Shown: piece after piece, positions 51,766 to 61,903 of the stretch
How positions within the stretch are numbered: the first letter of the stretch is position 1
How the letters are laid out: the number at the start of each line of letters is the position of its first letter
DNA from: Nemertoderma westbladi
Taxonomy: Eukaryota; Animalia; Xenacoelomorpha
Assembly (NCBI GenBank): GCA_032718475.1
Contig: JAUCBJ010000014.1
Coordinates: 1 to 61,903, forward strand
DNA length: 61,903 nucleotides
Reading direction: 5' to 3'
Notes under the pieces: generated by a model
Seen by the model: only the letters and a program-made list of their open reading frames with translations
The model's database searches: none
What the model was told of the DNA's origin: nothing
Position numbers and translations under genes: made by a program

Positions 51766-53538
51766 CCGCTCCTAAACGTTATCGTCTAAAGGGTAACGTT
51801 TACAAACACCGGCATAACGTAGTTTCTAATGTCTCACAATTATACTTCTATAAACTAAAATAGACACATATTAATACTCAAATAAAGATTGAATAATGCA
51901 CAATACGCAAAATTAGCAAATAAAACATTCTTCATACATTTTGTGTAACTAGTATTATTTATCCGTCATTGAATAGAAAATATCTTAGCAATAAATTTCT
52001 TCCAGCCGAGAAACCTCCATATAACAGTAACAAAATTACTTGCGTACTAATGCTTACCAAATATTTATATTTACAAAAAAAAAACAATATTAATTTCGCT
52101 TACCATTATCGTTTCACAATAAATTTCCATTATTATAATGAGTTTAATCTTTTACATAAATACGAAAGATTCTTCGATCGAATAATACAAATTAAATCAA
52201 TTTCCATATTAAATTAAATATAAATTGAGTAAGTAGGACAATTAATCAGTGACTGTCTTTCAATCACAAATATAACACGATAATAATTTGCAGCAACATA
52301 CTGTAGTTGCTCCGTGTGAAGGGACTTTATAATATACTAAATAATAGCTAAACTAGAACATTTTAATAGCTAATATTATTAATTCAACTCAAGGGAACAA
52401 ATTCAAGTCTATATCCCCTTCAATACGATATTGCTTTACCTCTTCCATCTCCGGGTTATCAAAGTCTACGATACTGAAACTACGAGTGGCTCCAACTAAT
52501 TCAGCGGGAACTACTCGACCTCTTCCCCTTCCTTTGGTTTTCCAAACTCTAAAATCGGTAAATCTAGAAGTCTTCAGATGGGCGCGAATATCCATCGACC
52601 TCGGATTTACCCACGGGTAGATTAGACGAAGTTTCTAGACGAATTCGACCGGAAAACGTCTCAATCCAATCTTCACGGCGATTAATGATAGTTACAGTTG
52701 TGACCTCAGCGATGTCACAACTCGTCGCAGCGATGTCACAACTCGTCGCAGTATAATGCTGTGAGGTGCGAATTCTCTATATTAGGGGTTTATGAACACC
52801 TCTTTTGTATCGGGTTCGTCGCGGGGTTCGGGAGGAATTTCCAGCTGCTTAAATAGAACTTAACAACCTATTAGGTAGGCCAAGTTTCAATATATCGGAT
52901 TAATACCAATTTCCTTTTAATATCAGTATAAATACCTATTTAAATTTTCAAATTTATTTTTTTTTTTCGAGAGTAAACTTGCCGCGAATAAATTCGCTTT
53001 TAATAATTCCAAAACTACGCCCAATGAATATGATTGCACAAACTGATGTATGAAATATGAATTAATATAATGAAATGAATATAACATTCAAAATTAAACA
53101 GAATGAAAATGAAAATTAGGAACTGTAAATGAAAATGAAAATGGAAATGGAAATAGTCAAGGTATGAACTATGAAGTTGAATCAGATGAAAATAATTTGC
53201 CTATCTGGGTTCACGCACTGAACAGCTTAACGTTTCTTTGCCAGTTGTATCGCTAATCCAATGTACTCGTGAGATTTGTGATAAAATATCTTGAACTTTT
53301 CAAAATTATTTTAATTTCGTTCCCACAACTACATATATTTTTATTAAAAACCATTTGTTTTGCGACATTTACGTAATAATTGCTGTCTCTCTTCCTTGTT
53401 ATAATTTTTTAAAACAAAACATTTTTCTGTGTAGTGGATGTGTAACTAAGTCGCCAATAATCCGCTCCCAAACGTTATCGGCTAAAAGGTAACGTTTACA
53501 AACACCGAATTTACACCCACTATTAAAACTCCAACATT

Positions 53539-56500
53539 TTATAATATTGTACCTACTTTGTAGACTGTCTGTTTTTTACCATGAGACCTCTTCAAGACCT
53601 TGTAGTCTCCAGTTTCATCTCGAGAAGTTTCTAGTAAGACCAGTTGTTGAACTGGTCGGATAATAACATGTTGATCTAATGTGCGTACAGAAACAGTCCT
53701 CACGCTGCCGTCGGCTGCTGGGTGTGTTTTTACGACCACACCTGTAACCCAATGACGACGCTTCAGATTAGCCTCGGCTAATAATACGTAATCTCCCTTG
53801 CATAGGTTACGCGTATTGTGATACCACTTAGATCTTGCTGAAATTGTTGGGAGGTAATATTTTCGCCAACAGTTCCAGAATGTATCTGCCAAAAGTTGGG
53901 TTATCTTCCAACTCTTGCGGCAGTAAATGTCGTCGTCCTCAGGGATGGAAATAGGAACTAAATTGGCTGGAGCTTGCATTAACACATGGTTCGGAGTTAA
54001 AGCAATGACATTGTCATTTTTGTCTGTCACTAAAGCGATAGGTCTGGAGTTAAGTATGGCCTCAATTTCTATAAAGAGGGTAACTAATTCGTCGTCGTTG
54101 AGTGTTTTATTCTCCGGTATAGTCTTATGCATGGCCAGTTTTATTGAGCGTATTAGACGCTCCCAGCTACCGCCCCTCCATGGGCTGTCTGGTGGGTTAA
54201 ATCTCCATGCAATGCGTCGAGGTAGCAACTCTTTCTCAATCTGCTCGTTATCGATTTTGTTCAACGATCTATTTATTTCATTGTTTCCACCAACAAAGTT
54301 TGACCCTTTGTCAGAATAGAATGCCTTGACCAATCCTCGTCTACCAATAAATCTACGTAATGCTAATATGAATGAGTTGGTAGACATGTCGGCTACTCGC
54401 TCTATATGTATGGCTCGACTCGCCATACATATAAAAATAACTCCCCACCTCTTTATCATACTGCGACCCCTTTTTGTTTCGATGGGACCAAAACAGTCTA
54501 GGCCAGTGTGTGTGAATGGTGGTTGATGGCTCTGTACGCGCGCTAATGGTAAGTCACTCATCTCCTGTTTCCCAACTCTGGCTTGTAGTTTCTTACAAGT
54601 TATACAATGATCTAGTACAGACTTGAGTGCGTTATTTGGTTTCAATAACACAAAACGCTGTCTTACCTGCGACAAACAATGAGATCTACCAGAGTGTTTG
54701 AGTTTCATGTGAGCATCGAGAATCATTGAACTCTGTAGTTCCAAATGGTGTGGAATTATGATTGGATACAAGTAATCAGTTCTTAGATCTGCCGCTTGGA
54801 GGCGGGATTTGTGGCAAATAAGACCTCTATGAATAGTGGGACTCCACTTTGTAAGGGGTGATGACGTCACAGGTCGTCTACTAGCGATTAACTGATATTC
54901 GCGACTAAATTCACGTTGCTGAAAATGTTTGATTATATCCAATTCCGATCTGTCTACTTCCTCTATACTCAATCGTTTAACAAATGTTTTATGTTTACTT
55001 AGGTATGCTTGTCTGTCAGCTAGAAAAATTACATAACGGCGTAACCAGGCCATCTTACGACAAGCGTCTGTCCAAGAAGATGTGGGATTAATTATCTGAT
55101 CGTAGACCCATCTTTTTGTGTCTGCAGGAAGGTCTATCGGCCGAGGTATTACTTTAGATTTATCTGGTTCCAAAATACCACTCTCATCTTTATTTTTCTG
55201 GTGTTTACTTACCAGATCTACATTTGGATTAACTTCCAAAGGTTGTCCACCATCGAAATTTAGTTTCTTCTTGTCTATAGTATTTATATTAATTTCTGTA
55301 GGTTCAATATTTCTACTTGGATCATCTATATGAATGTTAAGATCTACTGGAGTGGCGGTGGGTACATTTGGTGTAAGCTGTACCGAGTTGTTTAGGTCTA
55401 TTATTACTGAGGGGAGGTCGTTATCCATTAATGGTCGGTTTCGTAACCTGCCACGCCAAAGATCATTTGGGGTAGTTTGCATAAAACAACTCTGCTCTAA
55501 CCCTTTATCTAAAATGTTGTCCATCTCTAAGTCTACAACTGTTTCTTTCTTTGTTACTATTCCTGTTTCCCGACTGAGAAAATCTGCTGAAGCCTTAGCT
55601 TTAGATTTTGTAATCTTCTCGACCTTGATCTCAGCATCATTGGGTAGGGTGCCCGATTGGCAGTCGAAAATACGTGGCCAATAATCGATTGGTCTTGACA
55701 AGAAAACTGGACCATGTAACCAAAATTCTCTAACATCCGATTGTACAAAATCTCTTGGCATCATACCTCGAGACGCCATATCCGCTGGGTTTATATTGCC
55801 AGGACAGTGTCTCCAGTCTTCTTTGAGTGATGAGTCAAGAATCTCTGCCGTTCTATTTGTTATAAAAGTCTTAAACTGAACGTCATCTCTATTTATATAG
55901 ATCAGTACTAGCGTCGCGTCAGTCCAAAAAAATGTCTTCAAGTTAGTGTCCAACTCTCGCTTGATTGTCCTGGCGACTCCTACTGATATAGTGGCAGCTT
56001 GTAACTCGGCTCTAGGGTTGTTCATATATTTTGTAGGTCGAGTTTTTGCTCTAGAGTTAACGAATGAGGTTTCGAAAACTCCAGGGTTTACCTCTCTTCT
56101 AATATATGCTACCATACCTAGTCCGTTTTCGCTTGCATCACTAAAACAGTGAAGCTCTAAAGTAGATGGAAATGTGGCTTGTCTGGGGAAGTAAACTCTG
56201 GGAATGTTCAAATTCCTTAGTTCGGGTAACTGATCCTCCCACTTTCGCCACTCTATTGCCACATTTGAATCGATTGGCTCATCCCACTGTACTCCACTCA
56301 TCCAGATTTTACGTAGGTAAATCCTCGCTTGGAGTACAACAGGACTTATAAAACATAGCGGGTCAAATAATCGACTCATTGTTGATAAACAGATGCGCTT
56401 GGTGAGCATCTTGTTTTGTGACAAGGTTCGAACACGTACCTGAAAATTATCAGTATTTGGATCCCACACAAGACCAAGTACCTTAGCAACTGGAATAGGA

Positions 56501-59500
56501 TCTGATCCCAACTCAATCGGACCGCTCCCACGATCTTCGACCGGGAAAGAGGCTAATAGTTCAGGTGAATTCGACTTGAACTTGGTCAGTCGAAATCCTC
56601 CAGTTGCTAAGCATTTCTGTAGTCCATGTGCGATCTCTATTCCATTGTCTACGGAATCACAACTCACCAGTCCATCATCCATGTAAAAATCTCTAATCAC
56701 GGCTAAGATAACAGCGTAATTAAAATTACCTATCTGTTTCTTTGCACACTGTTTCATAACGTATAAGCACCCATTTGGACTGTCACGGGCCCCAAATATT
56801 CTTACCAACATTTGGTAAATCACTGGGTCTCCTGATAAGTCTTCATTGGGATACCATAAAAACCGTAAGCTGTCCCGGTCGCATTCTAATGCCTGTACCT
56901 GGTGGAACATGGCTTCCACATCACACGTGAATGCCACAGTGTTCTGTCGAAACCGCATTAGTATGCCAATCAATGAATTATTCTGATTTGGGCCGTCCAT
57001 CAATTCTGTATTAAGTGACTGTCCTAAGTATAGTAAACTACAGTCGTTTACTACTCTTACCTGTCCAGGTTTTTCGGGATGTGTCACGTAATGGTGAGGT
57101 AAATAGTAGGTCTGATCTGTAGTAATCTCAGGATGCTCCATTTTCCTTGCATATCCATTTTCTAAATATTTATTTATTTGTGTACGGTATTGTTGATGTA
57201 CCGTCTCGTTCCTTAGGAGGCGCTGTCTAACTGATTTGAGTCGTTTCAATGCTAGTGAATAATTGTTTTTCAACTTGGGCCTTTCATTCCGCCACAGCAT
57301 GCCAACTTCAAAGTGTCCGTTTGGAAGCTTCTTGAGAGTTTTGTCCATGATGTCTAAAGACCTTCTTTCATTGGCAGACATAGAGAGGTCGTAACTATTT
57401 GGCTCAACTGCATCTTGTTCTAACCAGTTTAAAGTTTTGAGGTCCATTTGTCTATCTATTTCAATTAAATCGTAAGCTTCTCTCAATGCTTCTTCTTCTA
57501 TCTGATTGCTGTCAATACATTTTAATGCGTTTTGTCTGGTCAATACATTGCAATTTGCAAAAAACGATGTAGTCTCTACATATTCGCTAGATCCAGGCTC
57601 TATACTTATAGGTTTGTTTTGGTCTGCAGTGAAATCCACATCGTGGTATTGTTCTGGATAGTTAAAACGGAAGATGCCATCCATTTTCCTAGAGTCGGTA
57701 GAGCTAATTTCACTGATGCAAAACTCACTTTCTAAATCACTTGGTTCACTTACCTCCGATTTGGTATCAGTTACTAAGATTCCAACTTCCTTGCTAGGCA
57801 ACATATTACACATAGCGACGTCGTTGTTGTAACTACTCCATTTATTTGGAAACCTAGTATACCACCCTAATATTGTTCTGTTTGCATATGGTTCACCAGG
57901 CATAAATTCTACAGGTCTAGTTTCCCAAACCTGATGGGCTGTGAATATATCGGTTCCAATGATCATCGCAATATTGCGATAATTTACTCTACATTCTGGA
58001 ATATCTAACTGTGAAATATATTCTCTTTCAAATTTGTTTGGTAAGGATACCGATCCTAATAATTGTGTAAAATCTCTTATAGCTGCAAACTGAACGTCCT
58101 GCAATGGAAGATAATTGAGTTCCCTGGCGCTATGGTGTTGTCTAGGTAACAGTGAGTCCAATGTTAGCGTCACATGTTTAATCGATACTAATTTCCTACC
58201 ATGAAGAGACCCGATGTCCATCATATCTGATCTTGCATTTCGGATATTTGTTACCACACTGGCAATTTCTTCATCCACATAACTATGACTAGAAGCCGGA
58301 TCCATAAGGCAATATATCCGTTTTGATCCTAACTCACCACTAATTCTGATCGGAACCACACTGAACGAACTTGTTTGTGCTCGAGTAAGAAATGTAGCAT
58401 TGTGAGTGGTATCACATTCAGAGACACCAGTCCCAACATCACTTGGTACACCTAAATATCCTTCTTCGCACGAAGATCCAGATTGATTATCATACTCATC
58501 AGGTCCTATTCCAGTAAATGTCACATTTCTATTTGGCTCGGTTGAAGTTATAATCTTGTAGTTGGGATGTTCAGCTAGGTATTGTTTAGTAGGGGTATGC
58601 TGTCGAGTATGTAGGAGTCTGTGGTGCAGTCTGCCACAGTCTGGACACCCCTTCGTTGTAGCACTAGCTGTGCATGCTCTACGTTTGTGACCCGCACCTA
58701 GGCACTTCCAACAAGCATCTAAACTTCTAATTGCCAAACGACGTTTTTCGACATCTAGTTTACAGAATAGATTACAATTGCCCAATTTGTGATCGTTGTA
58801 TTTCTGAAATTGTTGGTGACAATATTGGCACCCTCTAAAATCTGCCGATAATGTCTGAGATTGTGCTGGAATTGATCCTATGGGTGCAGCTACCTTGAGT
58901 GTGTCGTCTCTAGTGCTTCCCAGAGAGTTATAAGTCCTAGGTTGTTCTGCTGAGAAAGCCACTTTCGATTTTAAAACTGAAACTTTCTGATCTCTGTGCA
59001 AATATTCTTCAGAATAGTTAGACCGCAGCTCAGACTCTGCTTCTATCTTTATAATGTCGTAGATATGTTTCAAAGACACCTTTTCTCCTCTGTCCTCAAT
59101 CTTACTCTCTAACTTTCTCCACTTCTGACGGTGTCTAATACTAAGCCGCTTAACTACTTCTTTTAGTATGTCTGGCCTCTCACCATAAGACTCGCATCCA
59201 AGTGTGGGCCAAACCTGCAGCGCATTATTGATCTCATCTGCTAATTTTAATAAACCAGCACTATCTGTCGCTGGATTACCACTTGTTAACTCATCTGCTA
59301 TAGATCTAGCCATTTTAGTGCTCCCACCATAGACCTTTGTTAATCTATCGTAAGCAAGTTGAAATGCCCTAGGATTGCCTGTGTAGGTGTCTGCTAAAAT
59401 ACGTGGTTCTTTGTCAAGTAACTGGAACAAATAATTAAACTTTTCTGTTGGAGTAAAGTCTTGTGCCGCTATTTGTGTCTCCACATAGTTACTAAAAGTA

Positions 59501-61902
59501 CGCCAATACTTTGCATTACCAGTAAATCTTGGTGGTTTCTGTGGCGGCAATCCTTGCCTTGCAGCAAAGCGCGCTATTTCCTCAGCAATATCTGGTTTGA
59601 CCTTACAAGCTACCATTGGCTCAGTTTGTACTGGTTCTAAGTCTACAGTTTGTCTCGTGTGACTTAGTCGATTTCTCGAAATATTCCCCAGTTTACTAGG
59701 CCTCTTTTCTACCTTGGTTATGCTGTCCTCACTGTCTGTCCTGAAGTTATTGTCAATAAATATCACCTTAGGATTAGTCGGCATATAATCTCCTTCTTGA
59801 TCTACATTATCATATTCATTGTACTCAGCATTCGCATTTCGCCGAGCTGCTATCCGTTGTCGTTCTATTCGTTCTTCAGATCGAGTAACTCGATCGTCAA
59901 CACGCTGTATAGCTCCTTGAACTTCTCTTACAATCCTCATTACAGGCTCGTTACCCTTCGCAATCGCTTCCTGTACTAATTGTCCAATGGGAAACTTTGG
60001 TTCTATAGGTGTATCGGGATTTGGTTGAATATGACTAACATCTCTCGGGTATAACTCCCCAGATGCATAATGTTCCCCCTCCTCCTTTGTTATAAAGTTT
60101 TCTATTGAATGTGTGGCTCGCTCCGCTCCCATAGGGAACAATGGCACTCTAACACTAGTTTCCCTTTCTTCCGGGTTCACTGGAGTTGACTTCATCTTAT
60201 TGGCTATGTTTGGTTGTTCCGTATTTAGACCTATTCGATTTCCTCTTAATTTAATGTTATTTCTTAATTTGATGTCATCATGTCTTTTCTGATAATCTTG
60301 AAGTGCTATCTCCGCTGGATCAGTAATTTGAGCACCCTTGGCCATCATATCGTGAAAATGAGTCTTAAATGACGTCATCATATGTTGGTCAGCCGTAGTG
60401 TCTCCAGAGTTTCTCCCAGTATTAAATCTAATGACTGAAGATTCAAACTTATCGAATCCTTTTATAAAAGACTGTGCCCTTTCTAGTCCCTTTGAGGTTT
60501 CCAAATCTTCTTTCTCTGAAATTATACGTCTTTGAACATCAGCAATAGCGTCTTGCTTACGCTGATATTCTAAAATTTGATGTCTTCTTTGCTGTTCTAG
60601 AACCATGGTCGCCTTTCGCGCTTCTAAATGTTCGCGCTTATTTGCAATTAGCTTCTCCCGCTCTGCTTGCCTTAATTTATCTGCATTCCGATCTCGCTCA
60701 TCATCTGCAGCTCGTTTTACTCTTAAACGCTCCAGCTCCAATAAATAAGCATCTTGAATGCGTTTGGTGACACGTTCCCGTTCAGCCCGTTCATCTTCGC
60801 GCTTTAAGCGCGCAATTTCTTCTTCTCGTTCTAATCGCTTCTCATTTGCTTCGCGATCTCGACGGACAGTTTCTAACTCTGCTTCTATACGCAAGCGCTC
60901 CAGTTCTGCTACACGTTCACGCTCAATCCGATTTGTATTCGTTTCAGCAGTCTGTTGGTTTATTTCCTCCAAGTTCATCTGTTGCATATCTCGGGTTAAG
61001 TTTAACACCTCTTCTACTTCTTCTGATAACTGTTGATCTGCTAATTTGGAACGATCTGCTTCCTTCTGCTCAGCAATGAGCCTAGCCTGCTCACACTCCA
61101 ACCTACGCAATTGTGCTATTTGAGATGATGCCATAGATATCTCGCTTCCTGCTACAAATCGAGCTCTTCTTGAGTTAACAGGTCTTTGTCTGCTTTCTTC
61201 AGACTTCCTTCTCCAAATATTTCCTTCAGATACGGCTGCTACTTGCATATTTGCAGTGGTTGGTAATGGTAGTCCGGGAATAACTACCCCCTTAATTAAT
61301 AAATACCGCTCCAATGATTCAATAAAGACTCGTCTCCATTCTCCTAACTCTCCTTCTTCGTCTCTAATTTCAATCTGCGATGCGGATTCACCAATCAATT
61401 CATCCTTCAACTTAGATCTATGTATATCAAACAGTGCAGATACACGCAGATAATTTACCCGAACATTTCGCAATTTATCAAATAGCATTGTAAGATTCCT
61501 AGAATCTTGAAGTGACTCTGCCTCATCTACAAGTTCTCGAAGTTTACTACTCTGAACCATGAGGGTTTGATTGTATTTGTTTTGAAGAGAAATCAATTTA
61601 CTTCGACTATAGGATCCACTTTCTAACAATTTTAATAACTGATTTGTGGCGCGTGTAATTTCCGCCATATGTCCTCCTGCACTCTTTGCAAATGTAGTAA
61701 CACGTAGTGACACATCTCCCCTATCACTTAAAACTTCCGGAATTTCTTCGTTGCTCTGCATATATACTACACTAACTCTATCTGCACCATCAACTGGCGT
61801 CTCAGTCGCTACTACTGTCCCTACATTAGGTGTTGTTGGTCCAGCTTCGTCAGAGGTGGCATAAGGTGTTGTTCCGCCATTTTCTGGTGGGCTAGTATCG
61901 TC
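53539..61902 (-). CDS. intact BEL/Pao gag-pol polyprotein (element 3), open to the window edge
   Basis: The 2740-aa ORF stays stop-free upstream of Met 61761 to the edge. Domains: coiled-coil N-terminus, gag PPRFTG, Cys/His knuckles (CWKCLGAGHKRRAC, CPDCGRLHHRLLH), protease MDPAS, RT YMDD, RNase H FSDAS/ELQA/WTDA/NPADMASRG and integrase H-H-CITC/GLDCFG/SDKGSNF/WERLI. Confidence 0.97.
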   Translation of the reverse strand, partial: DDTSPPENGGTTPYATSDEAGPTTPNVGTVVATETPVDGADRVSVVYMQSNEEIPEVLSDRGDVSLRVTTFAKSAGGHMAEITRATNQLLKLLESGSYSRSKLISLQNKYNQTLMVQSSKLRELVDEAESLQDSRNLTMLFDKLRNVRVNYLRVSALFDIHRSKLKDELIGESASQIEIRDEEGELGEWRRVFIESLERYLLIKGVVIPGLPLPTTANMQVAAVSEGNIWRRKSEESRQRPVNSRRARFVAGSEISMASSQIAQLRRLECEQARLIAEQKEADRSKLADQQLSEEVEEVLNLTRDMQQMNLEEINQQTAETNTNRIERERVAELERLRIEAELETVRRDREANEKRLEREEEIARLKREDERAERERVTKRIQDAYLLELERLRVKRAADDERDRNADKLRQAEREKLIANKREHLEARKATMVLEQQRRHQILEYQRKQDAIADVQRRIISEKEDLETSKGLERAQSFIKGFDKFESSVIRFNTGRNSGDTTADQHMMTSFKTHFHDMMAKGAQITDPAEIALQDYQKRHDDIKLRNNIKLRGNRIGLNTEQPNIANKMKSTPVNPEERETSVRVPLFPMGAERATHSIENFITKEEGEHYASGELYPRDVSHIQPNPDTPIEPKFPIGQLVQEAIAKGNEPVMRIVREVQGAIQRVDDRVTRSEERIERQRIAARRNANAEYNEYDNVDQEGDYMPTNPKVIFIDNNFRTDSEDSITKVEKRPSKLGNISRNRLSHTRQTVDLEPVQTEPMVACKVKPDIAEEIARFAARQGLPPQKPPRFTGNAKYWRTFSNYVETQIAAQDFTPTEKFNYLFQLLDKEPRILADTYTGNPRAFQLAYDRLTKVYGGSTKMARSIADELTSGNPATDSAGLLKLADEINNALQVWPTLGCESYGERPDILKEVVKRLSIRHRQKWRKLESKIEDRGEKVSLKHIYDIIKIEAESELRSNYSEEYLHRDQKVSVLKSKVAFSAEQPRTYNSLGSTRDDTLKVAAPIGSIPAQSQTLSADFRGCQYCHQQFQKYNDHKLGNCNLFCKLDVEKRRLAIRSLDACWKCLGAGHKRRACTASATTKGCPDCGRLHHRLLHTRQHTPTKQYLAEHPNYKIITSTEPNRNVTFTGIGPDEYDNQSGSSCEEGYLGVPSDVGTGVSECDTTHNATFLTRAQTSSFSVVPIRISGELGSKRIYCLMDPASSHSYVDEEIASVVTNIRNARSDMMDIGSLHGRKLVSIKHVTLTLDSLLPRQHHSARELNYLPLQDVQFAAIRDFTQLLGSVSLPNKFEREYISQLDIPECRVNYRNIAMIIGTDIFTAHQVWETRPVEFMPGEPYANRTILGWYTRFPNKWSSYNNDVAMCNMLPSKEVGILVTDTKSEVSEPSDLESEFCISEISSTDSRKMDGIFRFNYPEQYHDVDFTADQNKPISIEPGSSEYVETTSFFANCNVLTRQNALKCIDSNQIEEEALREAYDLIEIDRQMDLKTLNWLEQDAVEPNSYDLSMSANERRSLDIMDKTLKKLPNGHFEVGMLWRNERPKLKNNYSLALKRLKSVRQRLLRNETVHQQYRTQINKYLENGYARKMEHPEITTDQTYYLPHHYVTHPEKPGQVRVVNDCSLLYLGQSLNTELMDGPNQNNSLIGILMRFRQNTVAFTCDVEAMFHQVQALECDRDSLRFLWYPNEDLSGDPVIYQMLVRIFGARDSPNGCLYVMKQCAKKQIGNFNYAVILAVIRDFYMDDGLVSCDSVDNGIEIAHGLQKCLATGGFRLTKFKSNSPELLASFPVEDRGSGPIELGSDPIPVAKVLGLVWDPNTDNFQVRVRTLSQNKMLTKRICLSTMSRLFDPLCFISPVVLQARIYLRKIWMSGVQWDEPIDSNVAIEWRKWEDQLPELRNLNIPRVYFPRQATFPSTLELHCFSDASENGLGMVAYIRREVNPGVFETSFVNSRAKTRPTKYMNNPRAELQAATISVGVARTIKRELDTNLKTFFWTDATLVLIYINRDDVQFKTFITNRTAEILDSSLKEDWRHCPGNINPADMASRGMMPRDFVQSDVREFWLHGPVFLSRPIDYWPRIFDCQSGTLPNDAEIKVEKITKSKAKASADFLSRETGIVTKKETVVDLEMDNILDKGLEQSCFMQTTPNDLWRGRLRNRPLMDNDLPSVIIDLNNSVQLTPNVPTATPVDLNIHIDDPSRNIEPTEININTIDKKKLNFDGGQPLEVNPNVDLVSKHQKNKDESGILEPDKSKVIPRPIDLPADTKRWVYDQIINPTSSWTDACRKMAWLRRYVIFLADRQAYLSKHKTFVKRLSIEEVDRSELDIIKHFQQREFSREYQLIASRRPVTSSPLTKWSPTIHRGLICHKSRLQAADLRTDYLYPIIIPHHLELQSSMILDAHMKLKHSGRSHCLSQVRQRFVLLKPNNALKSVLDHCITCKKLQARVGKQEMSDLPLARVQSHQPPFTHTGLDCFGPIETKRGRSMIKRWGVIFICMASRAIHIERVADMSTNSFILALRRFIGRRGLVKAFYSDKGSNFVGGNNEINRSLNKIDNEQIEKELLPRRIAWRFNPPDSPWRGGSWERLIRSIKLAMHKTIPENKTLNDDELVTLFIEIEAILNSRPIALVTDKNDNVIALTPNHVLMQAPANLVPISIPEDDDIYCRKSWKITQLLADTFWNCWRKYYLPTISARSKWYHNTRNLCKGDYVLLAEANLKRRHWVTGVVVKTHPAADGSVRTVSVRTLDQHVIIRPVQQLVLLETSRDETGDYKVLKRSHGKKQTVYKVGTIL

Positions 61903-61903
61903 T

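Noticed and set aside
52600-52800. Alternative genetic code (TAA/TAG = Gln) suggested by in-frame stops
   Set aside because: The CA exon and the 2,740-aa pol terminate at TAA at expected positions and contain no internal TAA/TAG.

Overview
Eukaryotic (animal-like), transposon-dense genomic DNA. The only host gene is the 3' end of an alpha-carbonic anhydrase on the + strand: an exon at 150-289 ending ...YYR(AG|gt) and a terminal exon at 23125-23353 starting (G)YNGSLTTP. The 22.8-kb intron between them is about 92% a 72/76-bp satellite of roughly 290 units. Each unit is a copy of the gene's own 3' splice site plus the first 12 exon nucleotides (pyrimidine tract-TAG|GTACAAYGGTTC). Because the exon begins with GT, use of any decoy acceptor would regenerate a CAG|GTA donor, which makes the array a candidate satellite-built recursive-splicing ladder. 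An RTE-type LINE with a 10-bp TSD sits at the array's 5' edge. The rest of the window is nested mobile DNA: a second RTE 5' fragment, a CACTA/EnSpm-like remnant, a TTAA Kolobok-like MITE and three BEL/Pao LTR retrotransposons. One is decayed and carries an accessory DEDD 3'-5' exonuclease plus triple zinc-knuckle ORF. One is rearranged into a 2-kb inverted duplication and has a tRNA-Gly PBS. One has an intact gag-pol ORF of more than 2,780 codons that runs off the window. All calls are by-eye motif recognition; no searches were run.
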